64,000 nt of DNA from an uncultured Gammaproteobacteria bacterium (GTDB lineage Bacteria; Cyanobacteriota; Vampirovibrionia; LMEP-6097). A model generated the notes under the pieces. That model saw only the letters and a list, made by a program, of their open reading frames with translations, was not told the DNA's origin and did not search any database. Location of the stretch: contig CAZKAT010000001.1 of assembly GCA_964551135.1 (NCBI GenBank), positions 148,224 to 212,223 on the forward strand, given 5' to 3'. The translations under genes and the position numbers were made by a program. Below, piece by piece: positions 29,236-39,093 of this stretch; the first letter of the stretch is position 1, and each line of letters starts with the position of its first letter.

Positions 29236-29823
29236 GTGAGACTGCGGGCCAACTTATTTCTATTAATTGTTTTTATAAGCTCTATATTTAGTGCCAGAGC
29301 TGAAGTAGGTAAGGTTTACGAATTAGATTTTAAAGAGAATCAAACCTTCTATATGTTTGCTGGTGCTAAGGCTACTATAAGACTTAAGGGAATCCCTAGC
29401 AACGTAGATGTAATTCAAGCGCAGCTAATTGAGGAAGCAAATAGTCCTAAGGGTAATATATTAGGCAAGAAAAATAAAATCGTAGAGCATAATTCAGGCT
29501 TATCAAATTATATTGATTTTAATGTAGAAATACTTCCTGAACCATCAGGTAGGCCAAATAAAAATCCTATTAAATTAAAACTTAAAAGCTTTAGAAAGCT
29601 AGAGTCGGGCTCTTATGAAATAGTCTCTGATACTAATAACTATATTAGAACCAAACACTGTGCTGGAAACACCCCTAGTTGTGGCTTAGTTAAGATCAAA
29701 TGCCGTCATCTTAGTACTAATTGTATTGATGGTATGGAAGATGTTTTTATTACTTATCCTAATGAATGTGAAGTGGAGAAAGCTGGGGCTGTATTACATT
29801 CCAGAGGTATGTGCGCTAACTAA
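29236..29823 (+). CDS. Exported protein with a C-terminal Kazal-like Cys module
   Basis: Signal peptide; C..CG...C...C...TYPNEC...G.C. Confidence 0.5.
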   Translation: MRLRANLFLLIVFISSIFSARAEVGKVYELDFKENQTFYMFAGAKATIRLKGIPSNVDVIQAQLIEEANSPKGNILGKKNKIVEHNSGLSNYIDFNVEILPEPSGRPNKNPIKLKLKSFRKLESGSYEIVSDTNNYIRTKHCAGNTPSCGLVKIKCRHLSTNCIDGMEDVFITYPNECEVEKAGAVLHSRGMCAN

Positions 29824-30572
29824 TATTCCACTTTCATTAAAGTTAATCCAGAAGCTGGTACTGATTGTTTGCAAGTATCTTCGCTAGGATCTAGTCCCTT
29901 GCCTACTTGTATTAATTCACCTACGAGACGTCTGACCATATGGCGCAAGAATCTATTAGCTTTGATACGATATTTATAACAGATCTCTGATTCTTTAATT
30001 AATTCAGATTCTACTACTGTACAAATAGTATCGTTTGCATTTTCATCAATTGTTTGAGCATATTTATTAAAGTCATGAGTGCCAATATAGGACTGGGCTT
30101 GCTTTGCCATACGCTCGAAATCTAGTGGTTCTTTTTGCCACATGAGGCTGTCTAATCTCAATACCGGTCTATGTCTACGTATAAAGACCTTATAGAGGTA
30201 CTCTCTAGACTTAGCATTAAAACGTGCATGAAACTCTAAGGGTACTTCTTCTATTTTCACTAATGCCATATCTTCGGGTAGTAGAGAATTAAGAGCGATG
30301 AGAACTTTATCTGGGTTATTTGCAGCATCTGGAATTAATTGATCTATCTTGAAGTTAACTATTTGTCCGATGGCATGAACTCCAGCATCTGTGCGGCTAG
30401 AGAAGCTGGTTTCAATGATATTGGAGTTAGCAAGCCATGATCCCTTAGGACCCATGAATTGATTGAGAATTTTATCTAATTCACCTTGAACAGTTCTTTC
30501 GTTATCCTGTATTTGAGAGCCACAGAATTTGGAGCCATTATATTCAAGCTTAAGTTTATAATTATGTGCCAA
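29820..30572 (-). CDS. truA: tRNA pseudouridine(38-40) synthase
   Basis: EYNGS.F.GSQ, SRTDAGVHA, FHARF, FLRHMVR. Confidence 0.93.
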   Translation of the reverse strand: MAHNYKLKLEYNGSKFCGSQIQDNERTVQGELDKILNQFMGPKGSWLANSNIIETSFSSRTDAGVHAIGQIVNFKIDQLIPDAANNPDKVLIALNSLLPEDMALVKIEEVPLEFHARFNAKSREYLYKVFIRRHRPVLRLDSLMWQKEPLDFERMAKQAQSYIGTHDFNKYAQTIDENANDTICTVVESELIKESEICYKYRIKANRFLRHMVRRLVGELIQVGKGLDPSEDTCKQSVPASGLTLMKVEY

Positions 30573-30579
30573 GCTTAAT

Positions 30580-31173
30580 CTATTCTTTGGTTGTTACTAC
30601 TACAGTAGCTACTCGCAAGACCTTGTCGTTGAGCTTGAAACCTTTCTTTAAGACGTCTACAATAGTACCTTCTTCTTTACTTGGATCTTTAACTTTAGCT
30701 ATAGCTTCATGTAATTCAGCTTTGAATTTACTGTCCGTCTCGATCTCTGTCATGCCAATTGATTTGAGACTCATCAGTAATTGTTCTTGTAACATATCAA
30801 TGCTTTTGATTACTTCTTCGTGGCTAGTGTTACCATTAATACTCTTCTTAGCGAACTCAAAATTATCCAGTGCTGGAAGAATTGCTTCTATGGTGTTGGC
30901 TGCTGCATATTTAAGTAAGTCTTGTCTTTCACGTTGATTTCTTTTAATGATATTTTGCTGGTCTGCCCACAAGCGTTTATATTGGTCATCTAGCTCTCGA
31001 TATTTAGCTTCTAATTCAACTAATTGAATGGAAGGATCGGTATTAACTGATTCTTCATTGGATTTAGCTTGATTAGTCTTAGTCCAGGCCTCATCAGCAG
31101 TTTTTTTAGTATCTGTAGGATTGGTTTCAGGTTGGTGCAAATTACCTATATCTGTATTTATAGTATCGTTCAT
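30580..31173 (-). CDS. grpE: Nucleotide exchange factor GrpE
   Basis: Coiled coil, LPALDNFE, LHEAI, KGFKLNDKVLRVATVVV. Confidence 0.92.
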   Translation of the reverse strand: MNDTINTDIGNLHQPETNPTDTKKTADEAWTKTNQAKSNEESVNTDPSIQLVELEAKYRELDDQYKRLWADQQNIIKRNQRERQDLLKYAAANTIEAILPALDNFEFAKKSINGNTSHEEVIKSIDMLQEQLLMSLKSIGMTEIETDSKFKAELHEAIAKVKDPSKEEGTIVDVLKKGFKLNDKVLRVATVVVTTKE

Positions 31174-31224
31174 AGCCAGGTTTATATTATACCAGCCCTT
31201 ATTAGTAATACTGGTATAGGCTTT

Positions 31225-31998
31225 TTAAGACAAGTTTATAGCATGTAAAGGAAACACCGGTCCCTCAGTGCAGGCTCTGTTATAAGAAGTATTATTATGG
31301 TTATTAGATTTACACACACAAGCAAGGCAAGCACCGAGTCCGCAGCCCATGCGCTCTTCTAGTGACATATAAGCTTGTTTGCTTTCAGGAATGATCTTCT
31401 GGATAGCTCTTAGCATTGCTGTGGGTCCGCAAGAGTACAATACATCCCAGTTCTGATCTACTAATTCTGTTACTAAACCATGATGACCATAGCTTCCATC
31501 CATAGTGCTGATTTGCACTTCACCTAAAGTTTTGAAGTCATCTTCATAGAAAACATCTTTAGCAGAATTGAACCCTAGAATAGATTTGATCTTAACTCCG
31601 CGTTTCTTAAGCTTACGTCCTAAATAATAGAGTGGAGGTACGCCAATACCGCCACCGATTAAGAGTGCTTGCTGACCAGCTTTTACAGAATCTATAGGAA
31701 ATTCCACTCCTAATGGAGCAAGTATATCTAAACTATCTCCTATACTCTTCTCGCTTAATATTTTAGTTCCTTTACCATCAGCGCGATAGAGTACTGTCAT
31801 TAAACTACCTGCATCGTCTATATTGCAGATGCTCATTGGTCTACGTAAGAGAGGATCCATGCCATCACTACATTTAATATGTAGAAATTTACCAGGTAAG
31901 AACTCAGCTAGATCATAGTTACCTGCAAGTTCAAGTTTATAGATCTTGTCGGCTATTTCCTGATTGGATTTGATCTTTAGTATGTGTTTGGCGGGCAT
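31225..31998 (-). CDS. pyrK: Dihydroorotate dehydrogenase electron-transfer subunit
   Basis: LLRRPMSI, GGGIGVPP, CGP..M, EERMGCGLGACLAC, C.EGPVF. Confidence 0.9.
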   Translation of the reverse strand: MPAKHILKIKSNQEIADKIYKLELAGNYDLAEFLPGKFLHIKCSDGMDPLLRRPMSICNIDDAGSLMTVLYRADGKGTKILSEKSIGDSLDILAPLGVEFPIDSVKAGQQALLIGGGIGVPPLYYLGRKLKKRGVKIKSILGFNSAKDVFYEDDFKTLGEVQISTMDGSYGHHGLVTELVDQNWDVLYSCGPTAMLRAIQKIIPESKQAYMSLEERMGCGLGACLACVCKSNNHNNTSYNRACTEGPVFPLHAINLS

Positions 31999-32798
31999 TA
32001 ACTTTTTAACTCACGAATAGTCTGTGGAATATTGCTAGATTTATAAATAGCAGAACCAGCAACCAGTACATTTGCTCCTTTGGCTTTAAGACTATTAGCG
32101 ATCTCCCCAGGAGTGACTCCACCATCGACTTCTATGTCAATCGTTAAGTTTTGTTTGTTTGCCATAGATTTTAACTCTTGGATTTTCTCAAGCACTACTG
32201 GTTTGAATTTTTGTCCTCCGAATCCTGGATTCACAGACATCAGTAGAACCAAATCAATATCTTTAAGAAGCTCTTCCAGAGCGGATGCTGGAGTAGCTGG
32301 ATTAATTGAGAGTCCAACCTTAATGCTTTGATCTTTAATTAGTTTAATAGTTTTCTTAATGCTTGCGATATTGTAGTGTTTAGAGCTAGTACCTCTAGCT
32401 TCCCAAGCTTCTTGAGTCTCTTGACCCCACCAGTGATCCTCTTGAGGCAGTTCATGAGTAAGTTTTTTAGAATCCTTATCATCAAGCCTGTATGCTTCCA
32501 TATGAAAAGTAATTAGATCTGCTCCAGCTTTGATAAAGTCAGGTATATGTCTTTCTGGATGAAAGATCATCAGATGCACATCTATAAAAAGATTAGTGAT
32601 AGGTTTGATTGCCTGTACTACAGGTGCTCCTATAGTGATATTCGGTACAAAGCCCCCGTCCATTACATCTACATGTAACCAATCTGCTCCAGCCTCTTCT
32701 ACCTTCTTGATCTCAGCAGCTAAGTTCGCAAAGTCAGCAGAAAGAATTGAGGGGGCTATAAGAGTGACTGAGTGGCTGAGTGGTGAGTGGCTGAGCAT
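31998..32798 (-). CDS. rpe: Ribulose-phosphate 3-epimerase with a large internal insertion
   Basis: APSILSADF, HVDVMDG.FVPN, DVHLM, MSVNPGFGGQ, EVDGG, VAGSA. Confidence 0.93.
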   Translation of the reverse strand: MLSHSPLSHSVTLIAPSILSADFANLAAEIKKVEEAGADWLHVDVMDGGFVPNITIGAPVVQAIKPITNLFIDVHLMIFHPERHIPDFIKAGADLITFHMEAYRLDDKDSKKLTHELPQEDHWWGQETQEAWEARGTSSKHYNIASIKKTIKLIKDQSIKVGLSINPATPASALEELLKDIDLVLLMSVNPGFGGQKFKPVVLEKIQELKSMANKQNLTIDIEVDGGVTPGEIANSLKAKGANVLVAGSAIYKSSNIPQTIRELKS

Positions 32799-32851
32799 AA
32801 ATCAATTATATCTGAGTTATTTACTCTCAGTCACCCAGACACTTAGTCACT
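32763..32851. repeat. Octamer-arm palindromic element, copy 1
   Basis: AGTGACTG AGTGGCTG AGTGGTG AGTGGCTG, AT-rich spacer, CAGTCACC CAGACACT TAGTCACT. Confidence 0.75.
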
Positions 32852-32859
32852 AATACACT

Positions 32860-33333
32860 TTATTTAAAGTGAGCATATGCCTTATTCGCATCTGCCATCT
32901 TGTGAGTAGCTTCTTTAGTTTCTACAGCTTTACCTTTGCTGTTATAAGCGTCTAGTAATTCGTTACTTAGTTTGATAGGGAAGCTCTTACCAGCGCGTTT
33001 GCGAGCTGCTCCGATAATCCATCTGTGAGCAAGTGCTTCACTTGTTCTTGGTTCAACTTCTACAGGTACTTGGTAAGTTGCACCGCCGATACGACGTGCT
33101 TTAACTTTAACTACAGGCATAGCGTTCTTCACTGCTTGTCTGAAAACATCGACAGCAGCCTTGTTCTCAATCTTGCCTTCTAACATTTCTACAGTTTCGT
33201 AGAATAATCTTTCTGCAGTAGATTTCTTACCAGCCACCATCATTCTATTAATGAATGAACCTACGTGTCTGTCATTGAACTTCGCATCTGGCTTAGCTAC
33301 TCTTCTTTTAAATCTTCCGTCTTTTCTTGGCAT
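32860..33333 (-). CDS. rpsG: 30S ribosomal protein S7
   Basis: GKKSTAE, RRIGGATYQVP, THKMADANKAYAH. Confidence 0.96.
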   Translation of the reverse strand: MPRKDGRFKRRVAKPDAKFNDRHVGSFINRMMVAGKKSTAERLFYETVEMLEGKIENKAAVDVFRQAVKNAMPVVKVKARRIGGATYQVPVEVEPRTSEALAHRWIIGAARKRAGKSFPIKLSNELLDAYNSKGKAVETKEATHKMADANKAYAHFK

Positions 33334-33368
33334 CTTATTTCTCTTAAACTCCTAGTTATTTAATATAG

Positions 33369-33749
33369 TTACTTTTTCTTTTTCTCTACTTTAGTTCCGT
33401 ACTTAGATCTACTTTGTTTACGTCCGTTAACTCCCTGAGTATCTAATGCACCACGAACTATGTGGTAACGAACTCCTGGTAAATCTTTTACACGGCCGCC
33501 TCTGATAAGTACTACCGAGTGTTCCTGTAAATTGTGTCCTTCGCCACCGATATAAGCTGTAACTTCTTCGCCGTTAGTCAGACGAACCCTAGCAATCTTA
33601 CGCATCGCCGAATTAGGCTTCTTAGGTGTGGCCGTTCTTACCTTAGTACAGACTCCACGCTTAAGTGGATTACCTTCTAAAGCCGGGCTCTTGCTCTTTT
33701 TCTTAGAGCTTTTGCGACGTTTGCGAATTAACTGTTGTATTGTAGGCAT
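33369..33749 (-). CDS. rpsL: 30S ribosomal protein S12
   Basis: [33 protein letters not shown]. Confidence 0.97.
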   Translation of the reverse strand: MPTIQQLIRKRRKSSKKKSKSPALEGNPLKRGVCTKVRTATPKKPNSAMRKIARVRLTNGEEVTAYIGGEGHNLQEHSVVLIRGGRVKDLPGVRYHIVRGALDTQGVNGRKQSRSKYGTKVEKKKK

Positions 33750-33870
33750 GCGGCTGACTATTTTAGCATTAGCGCTTAATGATATTAGCTATACCATTAA
33801 CATATTTAACTTTTATCTAATAAATATATGGATCGTAGCTAGACCCCGTATCTACGCTAGAATATAGATT

Positions 33871-34443
33871 ATGAAGAAAAGCCTCTTCTTAACCTTAATA
33901 CTGTTAGTGGCTTGCCTAGGAATGGCTAAGGCAAGCGAATTAGATGCTCTTAGATATATGCTTAATGCTAGAGAACAAGAGCCTAGAATGTATTTACCTG
34001 ATGTGGCAATGTTAGGAAGTGATATTAATGTTCTAGTGATTGCGCCAGGAGCTAAGAAGGTAGTTTTGTATGGTTCTAATCAAGAAGGTGAGACAGAGGT
34101 CAATGGTGAAAAGTTACGTCTAGGAAAGGATTTAAGGGTTTTAGGAGAGACTGATATCTCAGCTGCTAAACAAGAATCAAGAGCTAATTTTAAGATTCCA
34201 CTTGATAAGGTTAAGGATTTAGAGCTAGCTAATAAAAGTTATGCCTTTGAGGCTTTAATTAGCTATGAGAATCCTCAGACAGGAGAAGAAATTACTCGCA
34301 GAGCAAGTTTCTTTGGAGCTAATGCAAGTTTTTCTAATAATAATGCAGTGAGAATTCTGCCGCTACCTAAAGACCATGCTAACACTGCCAATATGGCAAG
34401 ATCAATGATCCCGGGACTGGGTCCAAATCCAGTAAACTATTAA
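33871..34443 (+). CDS. Hypothetical exported protein
   Basis: Signal peptide; TAGAAT-N7-ATG upstream. Confidence 0.6.
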   Translation: MKKSLFLTLILLVACLGMAKASELDALRYMLNAREQEPRMYLPDVAMLGSDINVLVIAPGAKKVVLYGSNQEGETEVNGEKLRLGKDLRVLGETDISAAKQESRANFKIPLDKVKDLELANKSYAFEALISYENPQTGEEITRRASFFGANASFSNNNAVRILPLPKDHANTANMARSMIPGLGPNPVNY

Positions 34444-34446
34444 GAG

Positions 34447-35676
34447 ATGGACTATTACTCCAATACTAATATCGAAGAGTTCGACCGTTTTGTCGAATTT
34501 TTAGGTTTTGGCTATTCTGACTCCATTAGTGTCGCTCGTAATGTTTATATCAGGCTCGAAGATTATTTATTTCCTTCTAAAGGAGATGACCAGAATAAGA
34601 TTGATTTCTCTAATCATGATTTAAGTACTCAAGAATTAAATATTAGATTCAATAGATTGCTTGCAGAGTTTGCAGGCTATGAGACTAAACATATGGGGGC
34701 TAAACAATTTCGCTATTTATCTATAGATCTAGTAGATGTTAAGTCCAGTGTTGATGAGGAATTGTTCAAGTGGTCATATTTTAACCATAAGTTTGCAGCT
34801 TCTCAAGGACAAGATGCGGCAGCTATGAATGAATGGCATAGGCTTGAAGAGAAAATTAATGTTAATAAGATTGCTGACTTCAAGGCGAGAAGAGAAACTA
34901 ACCTAGCTTTCTTTATGCATATAATTAATAATCATCAATTCTTTGATCAGATTATTTTTGCAGGTTTACCCAATGAAATAAAACATGAAGTGCAGTTTGG
35001 ATTGGACGTGGCAGAAGAGCAATATCTCGGTAAATCAATTAAAGAAAATCAAGCTCAGGGTATTTGTAGAGTAGTTGGGAACGGACTTTCAGAGGTAGTG
35101 CTCAATCTAGTGAAAAAATTTGCCATGAAGTCTAAGCTGAAGCTTAAAGGACATATACTTGCCAATTCTCGCAAACTTAATACTTATCTACTTATGGATA
35201 TTAGATCTGCTTTTTCTTACTTGGGAATTCTTGAGACTAGTATTAAGGATTGTGATTTTGTTTTCCTTATCAATGATTTGGATTTACTGAGTATTATTCC
35301 AGAGGTGAGCACTGAGAAACCAATCTTTACTGTTGATCTTAGTCAACCATCTACGCCAAATTATTCTTATATGCTACTTCGTGATGATGGTTTCTCGCAG
35401 ATCTATGCTTATGCTAAAAAACGCCAATATGAAGAGCCTATCAGTACCATGATTCGCTCCCTCTGTGCTGGCTTAGTGTTTTTTATTACTAAATCCAAAT
35501 TCTCTCAGCAACTGGCTATGAATTATATGGATGATTATTTCTTACCATTGACTGCTTCCTTAGGAAAAGATATTGGAGATTTTCAAGCAGCAATAGATTT
35601 ACTGACAGAGAAACTGGAAGAGCCTCAGCCTAAAATAAACACTAAGAAAGAAGAGATCATAGAAACTGAGGAATAA
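34447..35676 (+). CDS. Hypothetical protein, possibly a degenerate DUF4127-like protein
   Basis: Motif order GLSEVVL, CDFVFLIN, KPIFTVDL, YAY, YMDDY recalls DUF4127 as I remember it; not verified. Confidence 0.45.
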   Translation: MDYYSNTNIEEFDRFVEFLGFGYSDSISVARNVYIRLEDYLFPSKGDDQNKIDFSNHDLSTQELNIRFNRLLAEFAGYETKHMGAKQFRYLSIDLVDVKSSVDEELFKWSYFNHKFAASQGQDAAAMNEWHRLEEKINVNKIADFKARRETNLAFFMHIINNHQFFDQIIFAGLPNEIKHEVQFGLDVAEEQYLGKSIKENQAQGICRVVGNGLSEVVLNLVKKFAMKSKLKLKGHILANSRKLNTYLLMDIRSAFSYLGILETSIKDCDFVFLINDLDLLSIIPEVSTEKPIFTVDLSQPSTPNYSYMLLRDDGFSQIYAYAKKRQYEEPISTMIRSLCAGLVFFITKSKFSQQLAMNYMDDYFLPLTASLGKDIGDFQAAIDLLTEKLEEPQPKINTKKEEIIETEE

Positions 35677-35685
35677 ATTATAAAC

Positions 35686-37530
35686 ATGTTAAATGAGAAG
35701 ATAGAACAACTCGTAATAGAATCACTCGTAAAGAATTTTGATTCTGCTAAGCTTGGCGAGTTAAGTTCAGTGCCTGATTCGATTGCTATCGAATTACCTA
35801 AGAATCCAACGCATGGTGATAGAGCTATTAGTATTGCTCTGAAACTTACTAAAGATGCCAAGCTTCCTCCGCGTGCTATTGCTGAAGCTATAGTCTCTGA
35901 GCTAGATACAAAGAAATTTTCTAAGGTTGATATTGCTGGACCTGGTTTTATTAACCTAACCCTTGATTGGAGCTTGCTTGAAGATGCTATCACTGAAATT
36001 CATAATCTAGGTAAGGCATTTGGACGAATTCCTTATGAAGCTAGACCCGATAAAACTTATTCAAGTGTGCTGCTAGAGTATGTTTCAGCTAACCCTACTG
36101 GTGACCTGCATTTGGGGCATGGAAGACAAGCCGTTTTAGGTAGTGCACTGGCGGAATTGTTGAGATGGGCAGGTTATAAAGTAAGTACTGAGTTTTATAT
36201 CAACGATGCTGGTGCTCAGATAGAAAAGCTCTCTAATTCTGCTAAACAAGCAATCTTAATCCAAGAAGAATTACTTGCTGAAGCTAGTTATGATAATGAA
36301 AATAATTATCCTTTAGATTCTATGAAGGAATTTATTGATCCTAATACTTTTATTGCTGAGTTAATTGCTTACGCCAAGACCCATGAAGTTACTGGCATTG
36401 TTGGTAAGGAGATTAACTTAGAAAAGATTCCTGTGGAAGTTTATGGCAGAATTGCCGAGACTATATTCTTACGTGCACAGAAAGCCATATTAAAGCAAGC
36501 TAGGACAGAGTTTGATAAATGGTATTCAGAAAGAGAGAATCTACATCAGCCTGACTCTACAGGCAAGACTAAAGTTGATAAGATCTGTGAAACTCTCTTA
36601 GCCTCAGGATATGCTTATGAAGAAGAGGATGCACTATGGTTTAAGGCTAAAGACTTCGGTGACGAGCGTAATAGAGTTCTGCGTAAATCAGATGGTAAGT
36701 ATACTTATTTAGCAGCGGACTTGGCTTATCATCAGGATAAGCTTGCAAGAGGTAACGATAAACTTATTAATTTATGGGGTGCTGATCACCATGGACAAAT
36801 CCCTGGTATTAAAGGTGCTTTAGAAGCTCTTGGCGAGCGCGCTGACAAGCTCGATGTGGTATTGATTCAAATGGTCTCGCTTGCTAAGGGTGGTATTGAA
36901 GTGAAGATGTCTAAGCGTGATGGTAACGTTGTCACGGTAAGAGAGTTGATTGATGAAGTTGGGGTGGATGCTTTTAGATATTTCTTAGTAGAGAGCCAAG
37001 CTAATAATAGAATGGTATTTGATCTAGAGCTCGCTACTAAACAAGATAAGGATAATCCCGTTTATTACGCTCAGTATGCACATGCACGTTGTTGTAGTAT
37101 TCTCAGAACCTTAACAGGTAAGCAAATCGATCAAACTTCGATTAATACTGATATTAAGGAGACTAAGCCTCTAATTAGTGAAGCTGAATTAGAACAATGG
37201 CTTAATGAGTTTAAGCTTAGTAATGGTTTGTTTGGTAGAACTTTCTTGAAGCTTGAAGCTGAATCATTAAGTTCTACTAAAGCTCTAATCTTGGGTCTTA
37301 CTGATTTCCCGGAAGAGATTAAAGCCGCCGCCGCCGCTAATGCTCCATATAAAATTGCTAACTATATTAAGCAGATTGCTGCCCTATTCCATCAGTTTTA
37401 TACGCATAACAGAGTGATTAATGATGATAGAGAATTAATGAAAGCAAGAGTGTCTCTTGTAGCAGCAACGCAAAAGACACTCTATAACGCGCTCTCTGTA
37501 CTGGGCATCTCAGCTCCGGAGAAAATGTAA
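35686..37530 (+). CDS. argS: Arginine-tRNA ligase
   Basis: IAGPGFIN, EYVSANPTG.LHLGH, GADH, KMSKR, YAQYAHAR, SAPEKM. Confidence 0.96.
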   Translation: MLNEKIEQLVIESLVKNFDSAKLGELSSVPDSIAIELPKNPTHGDRAISIALKLTKDAKLPPRAIAEAIVSELDTKKFSKVDIAGPGFINLTLDWSLLEDAITEIHNLGKAFGRIPYEARPDKTYSSVLLEYVSANPTGDLHLGHGRQAVLGSALAELLRWAGYKVSTEFYINDAGAQIEKLSNSAKQAILIQEELLAEASYDNENNYPLDSMKEFIDPNTFIAELIAYAKTHEVTGIVGKEINLEKIPVEVYGRIAETIFLRAQKAILKQARTEFDKWYSERENLHQPDSTGKTKVDKICETLLASGYAYEEEDALWFKAKDFGDERNRVLRKSDGKYTYLAADLAYHQDKLARGNDKLINLWGADHHGQIPGIKGALEALGERADKLDVVLIQMVSLAKGGIEVKMSKRDGNVVTVRELIDEVGVDAFRYFLVESQANNRMVFDLELATKQDKDNPVYYAQYAHARCCSILRTLTGKQIDQTSINTDIKETKPLISEAELEQWLNEFKLSNGLFGRTFLKLEAESLSSTKALILGLTDFPEEIKAAAAANAPYKIANYIKQIAALFHQFYTHNRVINDDRELMKARVSLVAATQKTLYNALSVLGISAPEKM

Positions 37531-38439
37531 TTATTTTCTAGCAACTAGGGTCGGGAAAATTTTATTAGCATCATAAATAATATTTATATTTTTGAAGCCA
37601 ACTTTAGTTAGTAGTTCCTTTGTAAAACTTTCAGTTTTAAATGATTGCCATCGTACTTCTAGAATATTAAATACTAAAGCTTGTTGCATTAAATCTTCAG
37701 CTTTCATATTAGAAATCATCCATGGTGAATTAATGTCCATAATGGGTGGTGGAGTCACGAAACTAGCTAGTAACATGCCACCAGGTTTAATAGAACGATA
37801 AAAACTCTCGTATAATTTTTCTAACATATTATCGTTATGAACATAAATATTCAAGCCATTAGTTATTAAGATATCTAGCTCGTTATTCCATGGAAGCTGC
37901 CAGGCATCATAGTTATAGAAACTACAATGTTTCTCTACATTTAAGTTTTTAGCTAAAGCTTCAGCTTGGACCAAAGAATCTTGATCTAAATCCACTCCCA
38001 TTAATTTTAGGTCTGTAAATTTATTGAGATCGAGCCGGAGGACATCATCCATTAAGCCGCAAGGAATAGAAGCTAGTTTCATTCCATCTTTTAGACTGTC
38101 ACTAAGAATTTGTTGGAAAATTTTAAATCGTTGCTGGGTTGCAAGCAGTGCAGGACATGCTTCTAATAACCACTTCTCTAATGAGTTTGCTGTTTTAACT
38201 TGTGACTCGGGATGCCTAACTACATAACTAGTCCAATAACCATTAAGTCCCTTATTACAAATTAAAAACTTACCTAAATCAAATTCTTGCAGTGCTGCTA
38301 ATAAGTTTAGTAATTTACTTTTATGTTCTTCATCTGCATCCAATGCTTGTATGTTAGTTTTAATTCTATTAACTTCGCTTGTTAGATTTACTTCTTCAGC
38401 TGCATGTGAAATCAATCCGGGACTATTTTCAGTTTTCAT
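37531..38439 (-). CDS. Class I SAM-dependent methyltransferase; start probably ATG 38439
   Basis: SIPCGLMDD, GVDLD, DAWQL, KPGG; TATAAT-N6-ATG. Confidence 0.8.
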   Translation of the reverse strand: MKTENSPGLISHAAEEVNLTSEVNRIKTNIQALDADEEHKSKLLNLLAALQEFDLGKFLICNKGLNGYWTSYVVRHPESQVKTANSLEKWLLEACPALLATQQRFKIFQQILSDSLKDGMKLASIPCGLMDDVLRLDLNKFTDLKLMGVDLDQDSLVQAEALAKNLNVEKHCSFYNYDAWQLPWNNELDILITNGLNIYVHNDNMLEKLYESFYRSIKPGGMLLASFVTPPPIMDINSPWMISNMKAEDLMQQALVFNILEVRWQSFKTESFTKELLTKVGFKNINIIYDANKIFPTLVARK

Positions 38440-38519
38440 AATCATATTATAGAATAATTGAAAGCTCACAGTTGTGAGTCTGGGGTAATGTCCTGCCTGT
38501 AAGCTTTCAAAACACAGGG

Positions 38520-39044
38520 CTAGACTAAATAGTGTGTGCCGTTGGCATATATCAATTCTCTTTCTTCTGCCTCAAATCTAGTGATCTCGTAGTCGTGTCG
38601 GAATTGTCGTAGATCAACTATATTATCCTGTGGTCGGTGAGGCTCGTCTATGTCTAGCCCTGGAAAATCTTCTTCTTCATCTTCATTATCATCGTCCCAA
38701 TCTTCGATAAGCTCGATATCATTCCAAGTATTGAGCTTCGGTTGCTCTCTTAATCTTAAGAATGCTTGATAGCCATCCAGCATATCTCGTCCAAAAATTA
38801 CTAATCTTCTTTCAGTTAATCTCTCGTCGGTTATAGAAGCAACTAAATCTCTAATTTTACGAATAAATCCTTCAATGGTTCTAATAGAAAACCCTAGCTC
38901 ATCCCCAATCTCTATATTGCTCCAGCCCTCACCAATGAGAGCTAATATTGGTATATAGGGTTCGGGTATTATTGTTCCCTTATATCTCACTACTGGTAGA
39001 ATTGCTACTTTCTCTAAATCTAGTCTCTGTGCTGTTTTCGGCAT
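38520..39044 (-). CDS. Solo LuxR-type HTH protein with an acidic tail
   Basis: ILALIGEGWSNIEIGDELGFSIRTIEGFIRKI; DDDNEDEEED; GGAGG SD. Confidence 0.7.
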   Translation of the reverse strand: MPKTAQRLDLEKVAILPVVRYKGTIIPEPYIPILALIGEGWSNIEIGDELGFSIRTIEGFIRKIRDLVASITDERLTERRLVIFGRDMLDGYQAFLRLREQPKLNTWNDIELIEDWDDDNEDEEEDFPGLDIDEPHRPQDNIVDLRQFRHDYEITRFEAEERELIYANGTHYLV

Positions 39045-39093
39045 TATTAATTCCTCCGTTCTTGTGCCATTAATAATAAATCTAAAGTTCCCG

